A stretch of 64,000 nucleotides of DNA from Balneolaceae bacterium. GTDB taxonomy: Bacteria; Bacteroidota; Rhodothermia; Balneolales; Balneolaceae. Position 1 is the first letter of the stretch. Each line of letters opens with the position of its first letter. The translations under genes and the position numbers were made by a program. The DNA is taken from NCBI GenBank assembly GCA_036381435.1, contig DASVCW010000045.1:54616-118615 (forward strand), in the 5' to 3' direction. This document shows, piece after piece, positions 57,067 to 64,000 of the stretch. Below the pieces are notes generated by a model. That model did not search any database and was not told where the DNA came from. It was given only the letters and a program-made list of their open reading frames with translations.

Positions 57067-57567
57067 ATGGCAATTAAAAATCGGGCCGAAAAAGAGATAC
57101 CGGGTTATATAAAGCAGTTTCTTAAAGAACCACCGGCACTGCTGAGGAATTTCCATCATGATGATATTATGGAGTTTCTTACACTTGGTAATGAAGAAAA
57201 CTTCGTCCAGGATGATGTGGTAATTAAGGAATCTGAATATGTTAACTCGGCCTATTTAATAGCATCGGGAAAAGTAGCTATTTGGAAAGATAATATTCAG
57301 CTGGCTGTTTTGTCAGACGGAAACTTTTTGGGAGAAACATTTTTATTCAGCAAAAATAACAGGATGGCAAAAGTAATTTCTGAAGCTGAAAGTGTATTAT
57401 TACGGTTTGAACGGTATGACGCACTCAATTTCTTTCGAAAAAAACCTGAAAAATTATTCAATATTTTCACAAGAAATATCATCGAAATTCAACAGAAAAA
57501 GATAAGTAACATGAATATTCAGCTGCTTCAGCTGAAAAAGCGGCTTTTAGAAGACAATAATTGGTAA
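57067..57567 (+). CDS. cyclic-nucleotide-binding domain protein, no HTH
   Basis: 'VIKESE...AYLIASGKVAI...LSDGNFLGETFLF...RMAKVIS'; C-terminal coiled coil. Confidence 0.85.
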   Translation: MAIKNRAEKEIPGYIKQFLKEPPALLRNFHHDDIMEFLTLGNEENFVQDDVVIKESEYVNSAYLIASGKVAIWKDNIQLAVLSDGNFLGETFLFSKNNRMAKVISEAESVLLRFERYDALNFFRKKPEKLFNIFTRNIIEIQQKKISNMNIQLLQLKKRLLEDNNW

Positions 57568-57790
57568 CCAAAATTAAAACATTAAAAAATTTTAATTTTA
57601 AGTAATTTAGTGTTTTATTTATTCAGGAAGGGTACCAGTGGCTGGCTTGCTGAAATAGTTTAGGGGTTGTATGTTTCATCTGTTCAATTAGCAAGAAAAC
57701 AGGTGTGTTCATTTCCTCTCTATTAGAAAATATATCAGCTGTTACCGTTCTTTTAAACGTTGAATAATAACTGCAAAAATAGATCTGTGA

Positions 57791-59041
57791 ATGGCTACAG
57801 GGGTACAAAAAGACAAGATTAAGGAAATAATTGCTTCGCTTGCCGGACAAGTGAAAAGTAGCTCAGAGGGCGTGGAACGTCATCGTGAAATTGGCGATGT
57901 TGTAGATAGCCAACCTCAGGAAGTACGTGCTGAACTTCGTTCCCTGGTTAATTCATTGCTCAAACAGATGTACAAAAATGAAGCATCTGACATTGATTTT
58001 GGCGGCCCGGGTTGTAATCACCATGTTTGGTATCGTATTCACGGAGACAAATCACCCGATAAAAATAGTCCCACTTTTAGCTTGGTTGAAACCGATTTTC
58101 TTTTGCACAATATTATCATGCCGAGTCAGCGGGAGCATCTGCTGGAGCACGGAAACCTTGATTTCTCCTATTCTATTCCCGGTGATAACGGTGTAACCGA
58201 CGGTAAAAGGTTTCGTGCCGACCTTTATTTTGATTTACAACATCTTGCGCTCAATATGCGGAAGATTGACAATACCATTCGTCCATTTAAAAACCTCCAG
58301 CTTCATGCTGAGGTTGCTAAAGCGCTGAGCCTCAAATATTATAAGTACGGATTAACGCTCGTTACCGGTATTACCGGCTCGGGAAAGTCATCCACTCTTG
58401 ATACCGTAATTGATGCTAATAATCGCACGGTCGATTCTCATATTGTTATCATTGCCTCCCCGGTTGAACTAATCCATCAGCCCATTCGCTCGGTGGTGCG
58501 TCATCGTGAGGTAGGGCGTGATGTAGCTTCATTTAAACAAGGTGCTGTCCAGGCATTGCGTCAAGATCCGGATATTATTGTGATTGGTGAGCTTCGCGAT
58601 CCTGAAACAATCATGACCGCCCTTGAAATTACTGATTCTGGTCATAAAACGTTTGGAACGCTTCACACCAGTTCGGCCATAGAAAGTATTGAACGTATTT
58701 TGGGTGAAGTTCCTGTAAACGAGCAAAACCGGGTTCGTTCGCGCCTTGCTGATGTACTTACCTGCGTGATCAGCCAAAAATTAGTACCGAGTTTGGATGG
58801 TAAAAGGGTGCTCGCCAAAGAAGTTTTGGTCATCACAAGTTCGGTGCGCGCAGCCATCAGGAATGATAATGTGGGGGAAATTTATCAGATGCTGATGGAA
58901 GGCAGTGATAAGGGTATGAACACTTTGGAACAGGATTTAAAGCGGCTTTATGACGCAGGGAAAATTTCGAAAGAAGAAGCCATGAACAACGCGAATAACA
59001 AGAAACGCTTAGCTCAGCTAATTTCCGAAACTCAATTTTAA
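57791..59041 (+). CDS. pilT: PilT/PilU-family retraction ATPase with altered Asp box
   Basis: 'GITGSGKSST', 'REVGRD', 'LRQDPDII.IGELRD', 'GTLHT', 'AIRN'; Asp box reads 'IIASPVE'. Confidence 0.9.
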   Translation: MATGVQKDKIKEIIASLAGQVKSSSEGVERHREIGDVVDSQPQEVRAELRSLVNSLLKQMYKNEASDIDFGGPGCNHHVWYRIHGDKSPDKNSPTFSLVETDFLLHNIIMPSQREHLLEHGNLDFSYSIPGDNGVTDGKRFRADLYFDLQHLALNMRKIDNTIRPFKNLQLHAEVAKALSLKYYKYGLTLVTGITGSGKSSTLDTVIDANNRTVDSHIVIIASPVELIHQPIRSVVRHREVGRDVASFKQGAVQALRQDPDIIVIGELRDPETIMTALEITDSGHKTFGTLHTSSAIESIERILGEVPVNEQNRVRSRLADVLTCVISQKLVPSLDGKRVLAKEVLVITSSVRAAIRNDNVGEIYQMLMEGSDKGMNTLEQDLKRLYDAGKISKEEAMNNANNKKRLAQLISETQF

Positions 59042-59063
59042 TCTGTCACAGATAATTTGACGA

Positions 59064-60815
59064 ATGTTTGGAAATAAAGAATTTATAGGACTTACGGTTC
59101 AGGGTGATGTCATTCGGGTGGCACGCCTTAAGGTTTCCGGTAAAAAGGTAAAACTCATCAAACTGGACCAATTTTCTTTAGTTGAAGAAATAAAAACCGA
59201 AACCCCTTCACTTCAGTTACAGGGTGACGGGGCAGGCGTTTTTGAAGAAAGTGAGGACACCGATTCTATTTTTGGACTGGGAGACGACGAGGACGGTGAC
59301 ACCGGCGGAGATTTGGGAGATCTCGATTTAAATGACCTTGACGATTTAGATGATCTGAATGATCTCGATGACCTTGACGACTTTGATGACTTTGACGAGG
59401 CTGAAAGTAATAAAAACCTATCGCTCGATATGGTTGATGAGAGTGAAGCTCCACAATCGAATGAGCTTATTCTCTTTAATATTTTTACCAGCCTTCATGT
59501 TAAAAAAATAAATTTAGGGCTTAACATCCCTGCCGGCAGTACCATTTTTCAGGTTATCAGAGATACCAATTTTAAAGAGGTTAAGAAGAAAGACCTTATC
59601 CAGGATGTGGAAGATAAGCTGCAATCGATTTATGGTGTAGCAAAATCAAAAGATAATTATTCTTACGAGATCCGCGAAGACGGCTCCCTTCTGTTAGCTT
59701 CTATAGATCATGAATCGCCTACGCTTCAGTTAACAAATGGTGGTATTGAACTATTTTCCGGAAAAGTAATCATCGATGATATTGTTCCTGATGAAGCTTT
59801 GCTGGTTGGTTTAGCCAGGACTAACTATGATCTGTTTGCGGATGAAATAACCGCTATCATTCAGTTCGGCAAAAATCAGTGCCGAATTATCTTTATGAAG
59901 GGGGAAGAAATCTGGCTTGTTTCACCTGTAATTACCGAAGGAACAGGAAAAAAGACTTTTCTAAACACGGTTTTCAGTAAAATTCTTTTCCAGCTTGATA
60001 CCGGGGAAGTTCCCAATCTTGATCGCATTTTGTTAGCGAACAATACCATTGGTGATGAAGCAGTCAAATTTTTTGAAGGAAATTTTCCCGATATTTTTGT
60101 TGAAAATTTGAGCTTCGACCCTGAATTCCTGGATGATGAAAATGTAGATCCCTCAAGCGTTCCCTCATTTACTACAGCTATTGGGGCAGCGATGGCCTCA
60201 TCAGGTGCTGTCAAAGATAAATTTCCTGATCTCAGTTTTATTCCCTCCTATGTTTCCGATCGGCAAAAAATATTTAAGCTCCAGTGGCATGGAATGCTGA
60301 TTTTATTTCTGATTTTTCTAACGCCCATCACTTTCAATTACTTTTATAATAAAAATGCCCGGCAAATTGAAAGTCTCACTACTGAATTAAATATGATGGA
60401 GTCGCAGATTAAAAGGCTTACTCCTATTGTTCAAAATGCGAATGAATTAAGCGCAGATTTAGCAATCCTTAAAGAAAAACTTACCCTCTTAGATACCCTT
60501 TCCCGCGGGACAAAAGAATGGAGCGAAAAGTTTAGGATTCTAAATGAAGGAGTTCGGGGCATAAACAATACATGGCTTACTTCTTTCGCCCAGGATGAAG
60601 GTGGAGCAATGATACGAGGCTATACGTTGTACAGAAATCGAATTCCGCGGGTAATTGATATTTTTGATGAAGCTACCCTGCTGAATGTAACGATTGAAGA
60701 AATGCGCGAAAAAGAGGTGTTCAGCTTTTCCATTTTAGTGAAACGCTTTGCAGCATCAGATTCTGTATTTTCACCCGCTACACCGGTAGAAGTTCAAAAA
60801 TTAATCGGCAAATAG
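59064..60815 (+). CDS. PilM-like/PilN-like fusion (GspL-like architecture) with acidic repeat insert
   Basis: Cytoplasmic actin-like-type N-region ('IGLTVQGDVIRVARL'), one TM near residue 410, coiled coil, PilN-like 'WL..F......IRGY' end; located between pilT and the pilO-like gene. Confidence 0.6.
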   Translation: MFGNKEFIGLTVQGDVIRVARLKVSGKKVKLIKLDQFSLVEEIKTETPSLQLQGDGAGVFEESEDTDSIFGLGDDEDGDTGGDLGDLDLNDLDDLDDLNDLDDLDDFDDFDEAESNKNLSLDMVDESEAPQSNELILFNIFTSLHVKKINLGLNIPAGSTIFQVIRDTNFKEVKKKDLIQDVEDKLQSIYGVAKSKDNYSYEIREDGSLLLASIDHESPTLQLTNGGIELFSGKVIIDDIVPDEALLVGLARTNYDLFADEITAIIQFGKNQCRIIFMKGEEIWLVSPVITEGTGKKTFLNTVFSKILFQLDTGEVPNLDRILLANNTIGDEAVKFFEGNFPDIFVENLSFDPEFLDDENVDPSSVPSFTTAIGAAMASSGAVKDKFPDLSFIPSYVSDRQKIFKLQWHGMLILFLIFLTPITFNYFYNKNARQIESLTTELNMMESQIKRLTPIVQNANELSADLAILKEKLTLLDTLSRGTKEWSEKFRILNEGVRGINNTWLTSFAQDEGGAMIRGYTLYRNRIPRVIDIFDEATLLNVTIEEMREKEVFSFSILVKRFAASDSVFSPATPVEVQKLIGK

Positions 60816-60818
60816 TTT

Positions 60819-61688
60819 ATGTCTTACGGATTACGAAATACACTTATTTTGCTGGCCGTGCTAATTCTCTTTGTAGGAGGGGCATGGAGCTACCTCTATT
60901 TTTATCAAAAACCAAAGATTGAGAAGCTGAAAGGGCAAACCGAAGAAACCCGGAAAGAGTTAAACAGTAAACAGGCGATTGCCGATCAATATCCTGCTCT
61001 TTTAAACCAGTATGAAAAGGCTTCAACCTATTTCAACAATTACGATAAATCTCTGTATAGCAGCAATAACGAAGACCTCGTGTTTGAATTTATTAACACT
61101 TTTAACCAGAGATCATCATACACTAATTTTACCTTTGCCTTTACCGATTCTACTACTAAAGGCAAGTATGGTATTATGAATATGAAAATAACGGGGATGG
61201 GTTATTACCGGAATTTTATCAATTTTGTGCGGCGTATAGAACTTAGCAAACCAATCAATAAAATCAGTGAAATACAGCTAAACCCCATCAATGAACTGGA
61301 GTCTTATGGAAAAGTAAACTTCACCTTTTCGATAGCCAGTTATTACAATCGTTCGGCAGAATTAGATAAATCGGGAATGGGTATTACGAACAGTATTTTC
61401 GGCTCGGTTTATAACCCGTTTTATCCGTTGATTAGGTCAGTAAAACCTAACGAAAATGATTTAATAAATGTAGAGCAAAGTACACTGCTGGCGCTCAGCG
61501 CAGGCAAAATATTTTTAATTGATCAAAGCGGAGTGCTGCAAAATTTAACGATTGGAGACGATGTTTATCTCGGCGAACTCACTTCTATAAATATTAACGA
61601 GGGAACAGCATCTTTTGTACTCAACAAAGGCGGCATTATCGAGCGGGTTACTTTAAAGATTAATGATGATGGAAAAAAAGATGATTAA
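60819..61688 (+). CDS. PilO-like alignment protein with PilP-like C-terminal extension
   Basis: N-terminal TM, coiled coil, 'ITGMGYYRNFINFVRRIE', 'YNPFYP' then beta-rich tail; gene order. Confidence 0.55.
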   Translation: MSYGLRNTLILLAVLILFVGGAWSYLYFYQKPKIEKLKGQTEETRKELNSKQAIADQYPALLNQYEKASTYFNNYDKSLYSSNNEDLVFEFINTFNQRSSYTNFTFAFTDSTTKGKYGIMNMKITGMGYYRNFINFVRRIELSKPINKISEIQLNPINELESYGKVNFTFSIASYYNRSAELDKSGMGITNSIFGSVYNPFYPLIRSVKPNENDLINVEQSTLLALSAGKIFLIDQSGVLQNLTIGDDVYLGELTSININEGTASFVLNKGGIIERVTLKINDDGKKDD

Positions 61689-63540
61689 TATGAAATCTAT
61701 CAGATACCAAATTTTTGTACCCTTATTATTTGCATTCCTGTTTGTAAATATTTCAAATATTCAGGCTCAGGGAAGGGATTTTCCCGTCAGGGAGTATACC
61801 AATCCCGCAGAGCTCGTCACTTTCGACCGAACCACATCTTTTACCCGTGCTCTTGATGTAATCAATCAGTTTTCTCAAAAGTATAACAGCAAAATCATTA
61901 TTGACCGGACCGGCACCCAGGGTAGCATTGGTATTGGTATTCCCCCCATGCACTGGATGGATGCCCTGGAGTTAATTCTTCGGGTAAAGCAGCTTCAGTT
62001 ACTCGAACTGGCTGAATTTTATGAGATTGTACTGCCCCAACTCCCCACTCAACAAAATGGCACTGCTGCCACGGGATCATCAGCAACCACCACCGCCGAA
62101 GGAGAAGTAATTCCTACCCTCGATACCCGGGCTGTTCGGATTAACGCTATTTTCTTTGAAGGCAACCGTCGCGCCCTGCAAGAAATTGGGGTTGACTGGT
62201 CCACGTTAACAGAGAATGTTCCCGAAAGCATTCTGGGCGGGGGTGAAGGCGAGGGAGTACAACTACCATCATCGGAATTTGGGGGTCCTTTTGTACAGGT
62301 TAATTCTGAGGGTGCATCCAATGTTTCACAAAGCGTATTTGATGCCCTTGTTAATTTTGGTGAAATCGGTACCTCCGGAATTCAGGTGCAGGCTCTTTTT
62401 AGCGCTTTTGAAGCCGATAACTTGGGTGAAATTATAGCTTCACCCACTATAAAAGTGTTAGATGGGGTTGAAGGTCGTATTCAGGTGGGGCAGGATTTTT
62501 CCATTAAACAGCGGGATTTTGCCGGAAACGTAGTAGAAACATTTTTCAGCGTCGGTACCATTCTTACCGTTACGCCGCAAATTCTCGAGCAAAACGGGCA
62601 AACTTTCATTCATTTAACCGTCAATGCTGAACGCTCAACTGCTCAGCCCGATCCGGTGAGTACCATCATAAATAAAACTCAGGCAGAAACCGAGGCTCTC
62701 CTTTTAGACGGGGAAGCTACCGTAATTGCCGGTTTATATCGTACAGAACAAGTAGAAGTACGTCGCGGGGTGCCTATTCTTAAGGATCTTCCGCCCTGGT
62801 TTTTTGGTTTGAGGTACCTTTTCGGTTACACCTCACATGATCAGCTAATGCGCGAACTCGTCATCATTATTCAAGCTGATATTGTTCCTTCGCTTACTGT
62901 GCGGGCGGAACAAGAAGAACTGCCGACCGAGTACGAAGTTTTAGAGAATGAACGTGAACTTTATCGTTATAAAATTCGGAAAAGCGGCGATGTATTTACG
63001 GGGGAATCGTTTGCCGATGAATTAAAAGATATCGCGCCTAAAGATGATTTCCCGGATCCGACAGAAAAAGACTCGCCCGTTGATAAGAATAACTCTGCGG
63101 AAGAGGATTTCGCCGAAACTCCTGAAGTGAAGGAAAAGGATATTAAGGAAGATAAACCTCCCGTTATTGCCGATCCTGAGCTTGATGATCAGGTTATTGA
63201 ACTTGATTTCGGTAATGATAATTCGGAAACAACTACAGGTTCTGTTGAAAAGGATCAGCAGGATCAAAAAGCGGACGAAAGTGAACCTATAGTGCAGGAT
63301 GAAGAATCATTGCCCCGCTTTTTTATAATAGGCGGCTCTTTTAGAGTAAATCAGAATGCGATAGATTTGAGAAACAGCTTGCGGGAAAAAGGCTTTGATG
63401 CGGTTATCATAGAGAAGGAGGGAGCTACTTTGAAAATGGTAGCTTATGAAGCCTTCAGCAATTTTGAAAAGGCCCGTGATACGCTCGCTGAAATCCAGAA
63501 AACCCAAAATCCGAATGCCTGGCTGTATAGAACGGATTAA
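61663..63540 (+). CDS. pilQ: secretin (PilQ/GspD family) with C-terminal SPOR-like domain
   Basis: 'IIASPTIKVLDG..GRIQVG', 'GTILTVTPQI', 'VIAGLY...GVPILKDLP...LF'; acidic linker; 'IIGGSF...NA..L...L...GFDA...AW' tail. Confidence 0.85.
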   Translation: MMMEKKMINMKSIRYQIFVPLLFAFLFVNISNIQAQGRDFPVREYTNPAELVTFDRTTSFTRALDVINQFSQKYNSKIIIDRTGTQGSIGIGIPPMHWMDALELILRVKQLQLLELAEFYEIVLPQLPTQQNGTAATGSSATTTAEGEVIPTLDTRAVRINAIFFEGNRRALQEIGVDWSTLTENVPESILGGGEGEGVQLPSSEFGGPFVQVNSEGASNVSQSVFDALVNFGEIGTSGIQVQALFSAFEADNLGEIIASPTIKVLDGVEGRIQVGQDFSIKQRDFAGNVVETFFSVGTILTVTPQILEQNGQTFIHLTVNAERSTAQPDPVSTIINKTQAETEALLLDGEATVIAGLYRTEQVEVRRGVPILKDLPPWFFGLRYLFGYTSHDQLMRELVIIIQADIVPSLTVRAEQEELPTEYEVLENERELYRYKIRKSGDVFTGESFADELKDIAPKDDFPDPTEKDSPVDKNNSAEEDFAETPEVKEKDIKEDKPPVIADPELDDQVIELDFGNDNSETTTGSVEKDQQDQKADESEPIVQDEESLPRFFIIGGSFRVNQNAIDLRNSLREKGFDAVIIEKEGATLKMVAYEAFSNFEKARDTLAEIQKTQNPNAWLYRTD

Positions 63541-63676
63541 ATTTTAGTTGAATATGGAGTAGGTAGGCGGACAGCTTGCCGGGCAGGCTCGAGTGTGAGG
63601 GCGGAGTATATAGCCTCTCGAACATATTTGAACTTACCAGATGTTATAGTGTGAGTTGGAGATAAGATGAAACGAG

Positions 63677-63775
63677 AAACCATTGAAACGCTTTTGAATA
63701 ATAATTTTCCGTTAACCCCGAGTTAATTCGGGGGTCAACGGAATTTTCAGTATGGAAACCGTTTTTAACGGTTTT
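63677..63775. repeat. family D three-hairpin element, copy 2
   Basis: gttaaccccgagttaattcgggggtcaac and aaaccgtttttaacggtttt. Confidence 0.7.
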
Positions 63776-63857
63776 AAAAACAGTACTATTATTACTGTAA
63801 CAGCTTTTAAATTAAGCTTTTTCTCATATTCAACCTCACAATGTGTTACTATAAATT

Positions 63858-63894
63858 AAAAAAGCCCCTGCTAAAATTAGCAGGGGCTTTTTTT
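63858..63894. terminator. bidirectional Rho-independent terminator
   Basis: aaaaaagcccctgcta-aaat-tagcaggggctttttt between convergent genes. Confidence 0.9.
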
Positions 63895-63909
63895 AATGAA
63901 TAAATATTA

Positions 63910-64000
63910 TCATTTACTAACATTAGCCACAGGTAAATTTTCAGCTACTTCAATCACTTCATTCCAAACCCTGAAAACGTTGCCGGAGCAAATCTTTTTG
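63910..64000 (-). CDS. C-terminus of a probable membrane dipeptidase (peptidase M19), truncated by window edge
   Basis: KKICSGNVFRVWNEVIEVAENLPVANVSK*, matching the 'KI.GGN..RV' end of M19 enzymes. Confidence 0.55.
   Translation of the reverse strand, partial: KKICSGNVFRVWNEVIEVAENLPVANVSK

Noticed and set aside
398-63507. Numerous 60-128 aa ORFs antisense to or overlapping the main genes
   Set aside because: They are shadows of well-supported CDSs or translations of repeats, with no motifs of their own.
1-64000. CRISPR array, tRNA or rRNA genes
   Set aside because: Repeats are dispersed palindromes or heptamer microsatellites with no repeat-spacer periodicity; no cas genes, cloverleaf or rRNA signatures were seen.

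Overview
AT-rich bacterial chromosome segment. Gene content and protein style suggest the Bacteroidota-Rhodothermota-Balneolota lineage (inference, no database search). About 5.0-48.0 kb is one large Wzx/Wzy-dependent exopolysaccharide (EPS) locus. Its core is wza, a split wzc (co-polymerase plus BY-kinase), wzy, wzx, a WecA-like initiator, a WecB/TagA GT, three GT4s and one GT2. It carries many decorating enzymes: three ATP-grasp ligases that all have E-x-H-x-R instead of E-x-N-x-R, three CelD/BcsL-type GNATs, an SxtJ-SxtK-SxtI(carbamoyltransferase)-SGNH-SGNH module, a NodB deacetylase and a sulfotransferase. It also encodes processing proteins: three GH5s, a GH9, a catalytically degenerate GH18 and a PorV-like barrel. 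Six aligned sigma-54 (-24/-12) promoter motifs sit in front of six transcription units of the locus. A receiver-less sigma-54 activator lies next to the locus, and a degenerate AAA+ pseudo-activator lies inside the wza operon. A PAS kinase and two NarL regulators occupy the left end. The right end holds housekeeping genes (marC, dnaB, udg, mtaB, MltB-like) and a type IV pilus cluster with unusual domain architecture. Intergenic regions are full of several REP/MITE-like palindromic families and include two decayed Phd antitoxin remnants. No rRNA, tRNA, CRISPR array or intact transposase was found. All family calls come from motifs recognised by eye.
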